Shown: positions 1 through 10,873, numbered from the stretch's first letter. The stretch: 64,000 nucleotides of DNA from an uncultured Nitrososphaerota archaeon (GCA_963701075.1 OY969559.1:64001-128000), one strand, 5' to 3'. Translations and numbers: made by a program. The notes: generated by a model from the sequence alone, not told the origin.

Positions 1-234
1 TTTTGCATTTCTAAAAACGTTCATTCCAATGTGATAGTTCTCCCATAAACCCTCCAAGACCTGCAATTGTTCAGCTGCTTCTTGCATGGTCTCTTGGCTC
101 GTATTTGGATCGGATTGTAGTTTTCTGACCTTTTCTTTAGTCTCTGCAAGTAAGGTTTCAAGTCCTACCTCATAGTTTGACTCCCCGTGGAATATCGGAT
201 CAACTGGAGTGATCTTCGTTGTACTTTCTGGCAT
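1..234 (-). CDS. Hypothetical protein, 3' end outside the window
   Basis: Open frame from ATG at 234 to the window edge (MPESTTKITPVDPIFHGESNYEVGLETLL...); not in the ORF track. Confidence 0.7.
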   Translation of the reverse strand, partial: MPESTTKITPVDPIFHGESNYEVGLETLLAETKEKVRKLQSDPNTSQETMQEAAEQLQVLEGLWENYHIGMNVFRNAK

Positions 235-303
235 TGATCACACTCTATTGAGGGTAAATTTTAACTTTTTACTCTTGACTGATCAAAGCACTGGCCAATG
301 AGT

Positions 304-621
304 TCAATCCTTTAGATTCAGGAGTGGAAAGCGGTTTGAAATGGCCTTTTGATAGAGAACAAAAACTTCCTTTCCCTCATGACATTTTTTGCATATGCAC
401 ATCTGCGAGACTTTGCTTCTGTCACAGTCATCTGTGAATTCACATTGTTGGCATCCTGCCGGCCCTCCACAGATAGCACATTTTAGATCTACAACTTCAG
501 CACATGCCTGATGTTTGACTCCTAATCCTTTTGCCCACAAGGCAATTTCATTTACTTCGATCTTCTTCTTGCAAACTATGCAAGTTCCCGGAAATCTCAT
601 CGGCATGGTGCGCCAGCTCAT
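304..621 (-). CDS. Small Cys-rich zinc-finger protein (MSWRTMPMRFPGTCIVC...), fused to RFC-L in this assembly
   Basis: Several CxxC motifs; its ATG (621) overlaps the corrected rfcL stop as ATGA. Confidence 0.75.
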   Translation of the reverse strand: MSWRTMPMRFPGTCIVCKKKIEVNEIALWAKGLGVKHQACAEVVDLKCAICGGPAGCQQCEFTDDCDRSKVSQMCICKKCHEGKEVFVLYQKAISNRFPLLNLKD

Positions 622-1782
622 TTTATGATAGACTATCTCCTTTTGGATAATTTCATTTTCAGCATCATTGAAATCCATTACTAGTGTCTTGTTTTTGATA
701 CACATCAAAAGATATGGAAGATAAAAAGTTGCAAAAACACTTCTAGAGACATGCATGCGTTTTGCTAGACCTGCTTCAAGTTCCTTTATTGCCTTACCAT
801 CCCATCTCAATCGAGTTATTAGAGGCCAAGGAAGGTTATATTGTGAATATCTAACCGGAGTATCATTCTTGTAGAGTCTAACAAGAATTGAATCCAGATA
901 TCGTAAAAGTCTCCACTGTTGTTCTCTCATTATTTTTCCGTAAAGCATGTCAGCTTCTGAGATTACATCCAACATCTCTTGCATGTCTTCTTTTGAGAGC
1001 TGGCTTGTTATTACACTTGAATAAAATGCGTCAATTTTTTCTCGCGGATCAATCCTTAAAGAATAAAGTATCATCATTGCTTCCTGGTACGATTTTGCTT
1101 TGAAAAATGCATTTATTGCAGATTCTATGTCTGTTGTTTCAAAGGACTTGTCGGTTTGCGGTTCAAATCCAGATACAAGAGCTTGAGAAGAATTTAGAAT
1201 GGACCTAATGTCGCCTCTTGAATCAAGAACTAATTTTATCATGGTTCCAATCTTAAGGGAAGCACCTTCCCGTCTCAAAATCTCTTCCAGATAAAATCGC
1301 AAAAGCCTAGGCGGAATAGGCCTCATTCGTATTGTTGTTGTAGCTTTCTTAATGTCCTTCATTTTATCAGAATTATCAGAGTTTGCAGCCAAGATTATTG
1401 GAACTGTTGGTTCCTTTAGAATGTCTACAAGTGCTCCCACTCCCCCAAAATCAGACCTTCCATGAATTCCATCCACTTCATCCACAAAGATCATCATGGC
1501 TTTGCCAAGGACACCGGCATTTCCCATAACCGGATTAAGTATCTCTTGTATGCGTTGTTTATTTCTGACATCACTTGCGTTGAGGCTTATCATATCATAT
1601 CCAAATTGTTTAGCACAAAGCATAGCCATGGTAGTCTTTCCAATTCCCGGAGGCCCAACCAAGAGCAGGGGTTTTGTTCCCTTGACCCACTTGGCAATCC
1701 ACTTGACAAACGATTCCTTTGCTTCGTCATTGCCAATCATTTCAAGAAGATTTTTTGGCCTATATTTTTCAGACCACATCAT
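618..1782 (-). CDS. rfcL: Replication factor C large subunit (1-nt insertion near 632)
   Basis: WSEKYRP, Walker A GPPGIGKT, LNASD, DEVDG; removing one base from AGACT (630-634) gives ...EIAIIK-stop. Confidence 0.9.
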
Positions 1783-1788
1783 TTTCTA

Positions 1789-2908
1789 TCACTTGGGTAG
1801 TTTTGAATCAAATTCTGACCAAAGTTTCTGTTTTTGTAGTTGATTAAACCAGAACGAATTGTAATGCTCTACAGTAAGAAATAAAAATTCAAGAAAGTCC
1901 CTGTGTGAAAAGTTTTCAGGTAAAAGTTCCAAAGCCAGTCTTGCTTCACTTAGATACAGTTCACTCTTTTTCATTGTAAATTCAAATCCCTTCTGTACAT
2001 CATTTGTCAGGATTGTATAATAGAGCGGCCAAGAAGGAACTTTTACAAACTTGTTCTTTATCGAGTCTTCGATCTCGTTGCCACATCCCACCGACTCGGC
2101 TGCCTTTGCCATTCCCAGATAGAAAATCTCACCCAGAGGAAGACGTGCAAGTGCCATGTTCTTTCCTGCTGTACCCATTACGGCTCTGTATTTTTTATAA
2201 CATTCAATCATGGATTCCTCTGTTATGCCCTTTGGTTTCATTTTCAGTTTAAAATCAACATACTGACCTATTCTTGCATCTTTGAATCCTCGTTCAAATT
2301 CCTCCAATACCTGCTGCCCCCCACTTCCAATCTTAGATCTGGCAAGTTGCAAAATGTATGGATTCATTAGCTTGTAGTCATCCAGATACTCTACATCCTC
2401 ATCTTTGTCCATTATCCTATCCATTGGCTCACTTAGATCTATTGCGATAATGTGTCCATCTATGATGTCGGTTTTCTTTTTGGTATCATTTGTATCCCCA
2501 AAGTATTGCGATGAAGCATCGTACAGAGCACTAAAAACTGGAAACGTCATTTTAACAAAGTTGGAATTGAGAATTCTGGTCACCCTATCAAGCAAGGTAT
2601 CATAGTCTTCAAGCCTCTTTTTGACCGAATCTATTTGGGATTTCTCTAGAGTTATCTCGCTTGAACCTACTTCAGCGGCGAACTTTTCTTGAGTTTCATT
2701 AGGAGCATTGTCAGACTTTATTTGCCTCAACAAGTCTTCAGCAAATCTCTTTGTAAATTTTGGAAGTTCATCTTCTGCTTCCTTTTTGTATTTATCAAAT
2801 TGTTTGTAACCCTTACTTTTGAACAAAGACTTGTTTTACTATGTCCTTTCCAGGTTTTGTTGACATCAAAGCCTCCTTGCTAAAAATTGATTCGTCTTTG
2901 CTGCTCAC
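1789..2908 (-). CDS. Hypothetical protein, probably conserved in AOA (1-nt insertion near 2829)
   Basis: 345-aa ORF extends to a GTG at 2908 (SSKDESIFSKEALMSTKPGKDIVKQALFKSKGY) once AGACT is corrected to AGCT. Confidence 0.7.
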
Positions 2909-2994
2909 ATATTGGCACAACTTCTTTTGCTATTTATGCATTGAGATGTTTTTCTGATTACTTGGAATAAATTAGGATCGAAGATAAAAAATAC

Positions 2995-3806
2995 ATGGAA
3001 AAAATTGAGATTTTAGAGCAAGCTGCAAAAAGAGTCTATGAGAGTGTCAAGCACCTTCCCGGAACAGAAGATGCTGCTGGAGATTTTGGCAGAGGGGCAG
3101 GCGGAGACATATCACGACGAATAGACATAGTAGCAGAGAAAACAGTTTTGGATTACCTAAGAGAGGTTAATTTTCCATGCATAGTTCTTGGCGAAGAATG
3201 CGGTAAGATTGAACTTTCAAAAAATCCTGAAGGCATCATAATAATGGATGCCGTCGACGGATCTACAAATGCAGTAAGGGGTATTCCCTTTTCGTGTTGT
3301 TCTCTTGCATTTGCCACAAAGGATAAGCTCAGCTCTGTTACTGACGCAGCAATCATTGATCTGTACACTGGTGATCTGTATTCTGCATCAAGAGGCAAAG
3401 GAGCTTTTATGAATGGAAAAAAAATCACAGTTCACAAGAAAAAGCCGCTTTACTTTGTGGTAGGATTGGATTTGTCTGGGATATCGCTAGACTCCCTGCA
3501 GAAATTATCCCCCATCATTTCAGCATCTAACCATATCAGGCATTTTGGTGCCGTTGCACTAGAGCTTGCAATATTTGCTCGTGGACTGGTAGACCTGTTT
3601 GTAGACCTCAGAGAAAGCTGCGAGTCACAGATGTTGCTGCTGGGTACCTTATCGCACTAGAGGCCGGCGGAATCATAGTTGACAAAAATGCAACCCCACT
3701 TGATTCAGATCTTGGCTATGACCAAAGAATTTCCTTTATCGCTGCAGCCAGCGAGGAAATACTTGATGAAACTCTTGAGAAATTGAATTTACCAAAGCGA
3801 CTCTAA
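2995..3806 (+). CDS. Inositol monophosphatase / FBPase family protein (frameshift near 3615)
   Basis: GEE, DAVDGSTN, HFGAVALE; the C-terminus KLRVTDVAAGYLIALEAGG... continues in another frame to TAA 3806. Confidence 0.88.
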
Positions 3807-3846
3807 CAAAAGATCGACATTTGATTTTGGGTGAAAAAAGTGTAAG

Positions 3847-3954
3847 CGCCCTTGGCGGGATTTGAACTCGCGTCGAGGCCGTGACAGGGCCCCATTCTAG
3901 ACCGGGCTATACAAGGATTGGATTTTACCCCAAGCCTCTCTATACTACAAGGGC
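3847..3954 (-). tRNA. tRNA-Asp(GUC) with a 33-nt non-canonical intron (3907-3939) at position 15/16
   Basis: Acceptor GCCCTTG/CAAGGGC, anticodon arm GGGCC-CTGTCAC-GGCCT, TTCAAAT T-loop; removing the intron restores the D-arm. Confidence 0.9.
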
Positions 3955-4013
3955 GTTGAAATATTGGGAACAAAAATCTGAGTTTAAAGCTTTCTTTTCA
4001 TCTAAAAATTTTG

Positions 4014-4021
4014 TAAAAGAC
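4014..4021 (+). repeat. Left target-site duplication TAAAAGAC
   Basis: Identical 8-mer at 5269-5276; each copy abuts an inverted-repeat end. Confidence 0.8.
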
Positions 4022-5268
4022 GTCTTTGCCAACATATGGGAGATATATATCATAATTACCCTGCTCTTTTAAGAAAACCAGCATGTGAATGCATATTGCA
4101 AAAGTAATAAAATGCGTCTGGCAATTTCATGATAAAAAAGACGATCTCAGACAAGTTTTTGATTATTTTAGATATTGTGCAAACGAGGCAATCAGAATAG
4201 GTATAGAAAAAGATCTCACGTCAAAATACAAGTTACATTACCAATTATATCATACACTGCGTCTACATTCACAGTTTCATTCCAAGTATGTCTATGGAGC
4301 ACTAGAATGTGCGGCGTCAAAGTTAAAGATGTATAAAAAGACATTGAAGAAAAAACTAGATGCTAAAAGGCCATACATTACAAGAAATCATCTCATACTT
4401 GACAATCAGTCATACAAAATTGAACATGATACAATCAGGATACCAATTAAGGCTACAAAATATCTATCCATTAAACTGACTAGTTATGTTTTAGAGAAGA
4501 TAAAGCATACAAAACTTGGTAGTCTTGTTATCACAGATGATAAGATCATAATCTCATATTCAAAAGAGATTCCAGAACAGAGACATGGTAATTTTATTGG
4601 TGTTGATAGAAACTTGAACAATGTAACCATATGGGATTCCAAAGGAGATTGTATTGTACACGATCTGTCTAGTGCCCAGAGAATAATCACTTTATATAGT
4701 ACAGTAAAAAGCAAATTCAGACGCAATGATTCCAGAATAAGAAAAAAGATTTTCCAAAAATATGGCAGACTACAGAAGAATAGAGTACAAAATATCTTAC
4801 ACTGTACATCCAAGAAGACAGTATCTCAAAATTCTGGAATTGTCATGGAAAACCTGAAAGGAATACGCAAACTGTATAGACGAGGAAACTGGCAGGGAAG
4901 AAAGTACCGGAGAAGATTGAACTCTTGGTCATTTTATGAACTGCAACGACAGATCGAGTATAAAGCAAGATGGCTTGGTCTGCCGGTAGAATATGTCAAA
5001 GCAGGTGGGACAAGCACAAGGTGTGCGGTATGTGGGTCAAGACTAGTACCCGAAGAGCACCGAAAGATGTTCTGTCCTACTTGCAAGAGTAGTGTTGACC
5101 GAGACATCAACGCTGCTCACAACATCTTGCTTCGAGGCACATGGGTCGTGCCAGACGGGACTGCAGGTGAAGCGGTGATGACAGAATCTGGTAGCAAGGA
5201 ACCGGTAATCTGTCGAGTCGATGCAGTCAAGTCAGGTCATCGGCATCTGCCGATAACTTGTCAGAGCC
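4022..5268 (+). mobile_element. Non-autonomous TnpB element with imperfect terminal inverted repeats (IS6-like) and an 8-bp TSD
   Basis: Left end GTCTTTGCCAACATAT vs right-end reverse complement GGCTCTGACAAGTTAT (11/16); flanked by TAAAAGAC direct repeats; no transposase gene. Confidence 0.72.
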
Positions 5269-5279
5269 TAAAAGACTAA
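4089..5279 (+). CDS. tnpB: TnpB-family RNA-guided endonuclease
   Basis: RuvC-I GVDRN, RuvC-II VMENL, SWSFYELQRQIEYKA, Zn finger CAVC/CPTC, RuvC-III DRDINAAHNI. Confidence 0.95.
   Translation: MHIAKVIKCVWQFHDKKDDLRQVFDYFRYCANEAIRIGIEKDLTSKYKLHYQLYHTLRLHSQFHSKYVYGALECAASKLKMYKKTLKKKLDAKRPYITRNHLILDNQSYKIEHDTIRIPIKATKYLSIKLTSYVLEKIKHTKLGSLVITDDKIIISYSKEIPEQRHGNFIGVDRNLNNVTIWDSKGDCIVHDLSSAQRIITLYSTVKSKFRRNDSRIRKKIFQKYGRLQKNRVQNILHCTSKKTVSQNSGIVMENLKGIRKLYRRGNWQGRKYRRRLNSWSFYELQRQIEYKARWLGLPVEYVKAGGTSTRCAVCGSRLVPEEHRKMFCPTCKSSVDRDINAAHNILLRGTWVVPDGTAGEAVMTESGSKEPVICRVDAVKSGHRHLPITCQSLKD
5269..5276 (+). repeat. Right target-site duplication TAAAAGAC
   Basis: Identical to 4014-4021. Confidence 0.8.
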
Positions 5280-5306
5280 ATTATACACAACTATGACCTT
5301 TCGCGT

Positions 5307-5380
5307 GGGTTCGTAGCTCAGCCAGGTAGAGTACCGGACTTTTAATCCGGCTGTCCGGGGTCCGAATCCCCGCGAACCCG
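5307..5380 (+). tRNA. tRNA-Lys(UUU)
   Basis: Acceptor GGGTTCG/CGAACCC, anticodon arm CCGGA-CTTTTAA-TCCGG. Confidence 0.95.
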
Positions 5381-5448
5381 CTTCTTCATTGGTCTCTTTT
5401 TGGGACTCAAGTAGCTGAAAACCCGTCCGCATTTCTCAATTCCAATGG

Positions 5449-6703
5449 ATGGTATGGGATATCATGAGCGGCAACATTAGGCTCTCAGCAGACGAGATAA
5501 AATCAGGACATGAAAATGCCCTTGACATCTTCTACTCCGGGATAAGATCTTCTGAGACTCGCAGAACAATGAACGGCAACCTCGAAAAGTTTCTTCTGGA
5601 CGCATGTGCCGATATATTCAGTGGAGATTACAGGGAGAGGGCAAGACAGTTTGCAGAGATGGCAAAGGAAGACCAGGAAAAGGCCACAAGTCTTGTCTTG
5701 GCATATGCGCGAAAGCTAAGGGAGAGGACTATGCTGGATAAATCAAATCCCGGCTATCTCAACCCCTCTACTCTGCCAAACAAGGTAAAGGCAGTCAAAA
5801 AGTTCCTTGACATGAACGGCCTCGGCCTTGGCTGGAAGAGGGTCTATGTGACATTTCCAGATAAAGACAATACCCACAAGGGAAGGGGATACACAAGACA
5901 CGAGTTGCAAAAGATGCTAGAGTATTCTCGTTCAATCGAGACTGATTTTGTAATACTTGCATCAGAGCTCTGGAGGTTTCAGGTCGGGCTCATGGAATGG
6001 CCAGAGATGGGAGAACGTATTTCCCATCTATGAAGTAAACGGTACATACAAGATAGAGATTGAAAAAGATGATGCCGCAAATGTTGTCTGCGCCGGCATG
6101 GTAATCTACAAGGGAACACCAGACGAGTATGTCTGTCTTATCTCACTTGAGGCCTGGAATAAGCTTGTAGAGTACAAAAAGATCTGGACCGAGAGGATGA
6201 AGAGGCCTCCGACAAGCTCTGATTATCTGGTACTTGCAAGATACGTCAAGCCAACACCGATAACGGATCTGGCAATAAAAAGAAGAATATGGGTGCTGCT
6301 TCTAAGGACTGGCCTTAGGAGTCCGCTCACAGAAGGTCGCAGAAGACACCAAGTTCCTATCACCAACGGGTTTAGACGATACTGGGATAGAATAATGATG
6401 GAGAACGGAAAGAGGCGCGGCACGCTCTCTGCCCTTGTGATAAAGGAGAGACTAATGGGCCATACAGGCGTGGTTACAACAGACAAGAACTATTTCTGGA
6501 CCGATATACTGGACCTTGTCCCAGAATACTTGGATGCCATGCCGGAGCTTGTGGTAGGCGAGGAGATGAGGTTGAGGCACAAGCTTGAGATTGAAAAACG
6601 GGAAAAGGAAAAGCTTGCCGCATCAAACAATGAAAAGGAACAAGCGCTGCAAAAGTTGGCAGAACTAGAGGCCAAGGTACGACGGATGGAAAAGTACAGC
6701 TAG
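5449..6703 (+). CDS. Tyrosine recombinase/integrase (frameshift near 5965)
   Basis: Joining ORFs 5449-6033 and 5957-6703 gives ILASSSGGFRSG (R), IYKGT (K), NGFRR, LMGH and DKNY (Y). Confidence 0.88.
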
Positions 6704-6709
6704 ATAAGA

Positions 6710-7753
6710 CTAGGACCTTTTCCCAGTTTTCTTTTTGTTTGACTTGTTAATTCTTCGCCGGTTTGAATGGTATACCGTGGGCTTGCCGTAATCTGCTTTT
6801 AAAAAATCCCTATCCATCAAGAGCGATATGTCTGAAGCATTAATCCAAGCATGAGCACTTTCTTTGACTAGTAGTCTGTACCATCTTTCATATTCTTTCT
6901 CTCCTATACCATGAAATAATTTGATCCTGTTGCCAATCTGTTTCATTGATATCTTTGATTTCTGAGATGCATCCTTTTTTGTTTCTAATGCGTTTACAAG
7001 AAATGTAGACAGTAACTCTTGAGCGTAAAGTCGATTAGTCAAGAGTTTGTTATAAAACTCGATGTCTTCGCGGTGGTCCCTGTTCAGATCGTCAGAGAGT
7101 TCTTTAAAACTTGAAAAAACCCTTGAATGAAAATTTAGTTCCTCGCCATATCTTGACAGAAAGTCTCTAAAGTTGGCCAGAAAGTTGACGATCTGCCCTT
7201 CTCTGAGTTCTTTTCTACGAATGGCAATGTAATCTCCAAACTTTTTATTCCTGCTGTATTCCATCAGCAAAATCTTCACTTTTAGGATATACATGATGAC
7301 GAGTTTTCTTAGAATTTGCTCAAATGGCAGCAGGCCAGAATTAATTTTCCATTTATACACCATCAATCCTCTTCTTAATGCTCCTTTCTTCATGCGTGCC
7401 ATTCCTCCTTTGAGGCCATAATAGGCGACAAATTTACTGTAAAAGTTACTCTTTGAAATCTGCTCATTTGATTCCATAAGTGAAGAGACCGCATCTTTTA
7501 GCAACAAATGATTGGCTGTGGTGGTTTGAAAAGGCTCCAAATGTCTGGGAACAAAATAGACTTCAGACGCCCACCAATTCCTCTTTTTCATGGTATTGTG
7601 TTTAGTAAAATATTCCAGGTCTGCTTTTACATCCTCCCAGTTTTTTGAAGCACGGCTTTTCTTGTGTATTTCATACAAGGTTGAAAAGGGATTAGCTATA
7701 ACATAATCGAGAACTCTTGACCGTCTGTAAGATAACCCGTCAGTGGGTATCAT
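6710..7753 (-). CDS. Hypothetical basic protein, possible N-terminal winged HTH
   Basis: 347-aa ORF; N-terminus RVLDYVIANPFSTLYEIHKKS resembles a wHTH. Confidence 0.65.
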   Translation of the reverse strand: MIPTDGLSYRRSRVLDYVIANPFSTLYEIHKKSRASKNWEDVKADLEYFTKHNTMKKRNWWASEVYFVPRHLEPFQTTTANHLLLKDAVSSLMESNEQISKSNFYSKFVAYYGLKGGMARMKKGALRRGLMVYKWKINSGLLPFEQILRKLVIMYILKVKILLMEYSRNKKFGDYIAIRRKELREGQIVNFLANFRDFLSRYGEELNFHSRVFSSFKELSDDLNRDHREDIEFYNKLLTNRLYAQELLSTFLVNALETKKDASQKSKISMKQIGNRIKLFHGIGEKEYERWYRLLVKESAHAWINASDISLLMDRDFLKADYGKPTVYHSNRRRINKSNKKKTGKRS

Positions 7754-7813
7754 AGGTCAATTTCACATATGACCATAAAGAAGGATCGTTTTTGTAAAAA
7801 GATACAAAGCAGA

Positions 7814-7835
7814 TCACTTTGGTTTACCAAAATGA
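7814..7835. promoter_or_regulatory. Inverted repeat, candidate operator
   Basis: TCACTTTGGT-TT-ACCAAAATGA (9/10) between divergent genes. Confidence 0.4.
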
Positions 7836-7890
7836 GGGTGACTAACCGCAGAACAGCGTTCCCTATCTAACTTTATGCTGTTTTACATTC

Positions 7891-8052
7891 ATGGCAAACG
7901 AGTTTTCACACAAAAAGATCTGCATCAGCCTGCCAGTATGGCAGATAAAGATGCTACAGGAAGAACAAGGAAATCTTTCCATGTCAAAGCTCATCTCTGG
8001 ACTTGTTAACAGGGAACTCATGGAGCAGAGAAAAAAGAGGAAACAAGATTGA
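7891..8052 (+). CDS. 53-aa ribbon-helix-helix (CopG-like) protein
   Basis: MANEFSHKKICISLPVWQIKMLQEEQGNLSMSKLISGLVNRELMEQRKKRKQD; below the ORF-track length cutoff. Confidence 0.72.
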   Translation: MANEFSHKKICISLPVWQIKMLQEEQGNLSMSKLISGLVNRELMEQRKKRKQD

Positions 8053-8209
8053 TAACACTTGGATGTACTCATACACCAAAGAGTTACAGGATGACCTTTG
8101 CCTGCAAGACAACAGGAGATTATGTCCTTGAACTTTGTGGGAACTGTCATGATTCTGAGAGCAGGGATTTCCTCATAAATGAGGAAGAAATTAAAAATTG
8201 AATCACTTT

Positions 8210-8719
8210 TTACTTCCAAGTTTCTGGGTTTTCACAAAAGTCGCATAGATCGCCGGATACCAGTTCCAGAAAGTGACAAACTGCAGTCTCCAAATATCTC
8301 TGAAGTTCATGTATTCCAGTTATTTTGCCGTCCTTCATCCATCCTGCCATCTCGAACAGAACCTTGATGAACCCTGCTGGAAGTACTGTCATTTTTTTCA
8401 TCTCGCAAAATTTGTCGTACATTTCCTTTACATATTCGGGACTGAGTTGAGTTTTTACAACTATATCACATAGAGATTCTCCTTCCTCAAATAGTTTGAA
8501 TAGAAGAGCCGCATTGGGGTCCTTATTTTCGGAGTCACTTGCCTGACTTGTGAATTTCTGCTTTATTTTGCTTATCCCGCTTATGTTGAATTTCTTGATT
8601 CTGCCGTCAATTCTGTATCTTGTCTTTACAATTTCACTGTAACTTTCTCCGCGTTGTATTCTTCTGAATATGTCCTTTTCTACCTCATCGAGTGTCATGT
8701 CTTTCTGTATTTTCTTCAT
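8210..8719 (-). CDS. Protein with two HTH-like segments
   Basis: IFRRIQRGESYSEIVK and LFKLFEEGESLCDIVVKTQLSPEYVK. Confidence 0.65.
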   Translation of the reverse strand: MKKIQKDMTLDEVEKDIFRRIQRGESYSEIVKTRYRIDGRIKKFNISGISKIKQKFTSQASDSENKDPNAALLFKLFEEGESLCDIVVKTQLSPEYVKEMYDKFCEMKKMTVLPAGFIKVLFEMAGWMKDGKITGIHELQRYLETAVCHFLELVSGDLCDFCENPETWK

Positions 8720-8766
8720 TAAAGATTTGGACGGAAGTATGAAGTAGATAAGTTTTTGAATGATCT

Positions 8767-8815
8767 TCTTGTTTTCTCTTGTTTTCTCTTATTCTCGCTT
8801 GTTTTTCTTGTTCCT
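8767..8815. repeat. Five ~10-bp tandem repeats (consensus TCTTGTTTTC)
   Basis: TCTTGTTTTC x2, TCTTATTCTC, GCTTGTTTT, TCTTGTTCCT. Confidence 0.7.
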
Positions 8816-8977
8816 AGTGGTACTTTACACTACAATTAATCTTGAAATTAGTTGCCTAGTGCCGCATATAGTATCTACTAGGTAGTGGAACGTAGCAGAA
8901 CCGGTTTCAAACTATACTCTTAGAAGTCTATTTTAGTAAATACCTATTCCATTATACAGAATTTTCAGTTTAAAATC

Positions 8978-9785
<808 letters not shown>

Positions 9786-10190
9786 CTATATCACTCCTCA
9801 ATTTCTGGCACGACTATCTGACTAATAAATAGGCAAGTGAGTGAATCGCAAGTTATGAGAGACCAGTTGCTGAACTGTAATAATCCTCATCCACTAATAG
9901 AAATTAACAAGTGGCGGTCTACAAGATCGTACAGCCAGTAGTTCCAATGCACAAAATACGTAGACCGCTGGATGAAAATTCATTTCACATTATCTAAGGA
10001 TTTACTATTGTTTTTCCATATGCTATATGATAGTACGGTATAATCATTTTAAGAATAAAAAGTCAATACAAGTTTCTAAAGTGAGGATCAGAATTTTAGG
10101 CCATGGCAAACTTTACTATGAAGACTGTGTTCTCAATGTAATAATAAATCAGATACTTTGAAAAAAATACTGGCAATGAAAAAAATTATT

Positions 10191-10204
10191 CCCGCGAACC
10201 CGCT
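10191..10204 (+). repeat. Distal att repeat (copy of the tRNA-Lys 3' end)
   Basis: CCCGCGAACCCGCT identical to 5369-5382. Confidence 0.85.
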
Positions 10205-10302
10205 ATATTACAATTTGACTAAGAATTCACATTATCCCAAAATTGTAAATTTTGCCCAATAGTTTTCACTGCAAACTCCCTCTAAAAAGAAGGGAATTCT
10301 AA

Positions 10303-10515
10303 CTAGTGCAGATGCAGTTCTGGAAATTCTGCTTGTTTTATTCCCAAGTCATTCTGAAGAGTTCTTATTTTCTTGGCATATTCTGACATTCTGGCGTGAT
10401 CACTTTGCACTTTGGCAATTTTGTATCCTCGCCATGCCTTCTTCAAAGCTCCCCACGTCTGACCTGCAGTGTAGTTAGGTTTATTGTCTGATTGTGGCTG
10501 TACGAATTGGTACAT
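10303..10515 (-). CDS. Small hypothetical protein typical of AOA
   Basis: YTAGQTWGALKKAWRGYKIAK...LGIKQAEFP; probable ATG start at 10515. Confidence 0.75.
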   Translation of the reverse strand: MYQFVQPQSDNKPNYTAGQTWGALKKAWRGYKIAKVQSDHARMSEYAKKIRTLQNDLGIKQAEFPELHLH

Positions 10516-10873
10516 ACTTGTATCTCGTCGCAGAAATTTTTTATCTATAGTGATGTGAAGTAAAATCAATGAAAAAGTCAAGAATGCTCCATTAAAATCA
10601 CGTCTTTAGGCATCATAGTTTGCAAAAAATTTTAGTTAAACTTGACTTTATCAATTTTTTTGGTTCTGTATCATAATCGGTTGTTCTCTACGGTTGTTTC
10701 AGAGTGGCGATATGAAATGCAAACCTTGTTCAAGCAAGATCTTGCCACTTTAGTAATTACAGTATAACCACCTGTTAATATTCCCCACAATGATCTGTTG
10801 ATGATTCATCATTAGATTACGCATTTTCATTTAGAAAAATATTCCAGTACAATTATACTACAAAATTTAAATA

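Noticed and set aside
304-1782. Novel RFC-L/zinc-finger fusion (492 aa)
   Set aside because: Removing one base from AGACT restores a stop and an ATGA overlap; it follows the same AGCT error pattern as seven other genes
3881-4072. 63-aa ORF
   Set aside because: Antisense to tRNA-Asp and crosses the element junction
7863-8219. 118-aa minus-strand ORF
   Set aside because: Shadow of the more convincing plus-strand RHH gene
8767-8815. CRISPR array
   Set aside because: 10-bp tandem units without spacers; no cas genes or repeat-spacer arrays seen in the window
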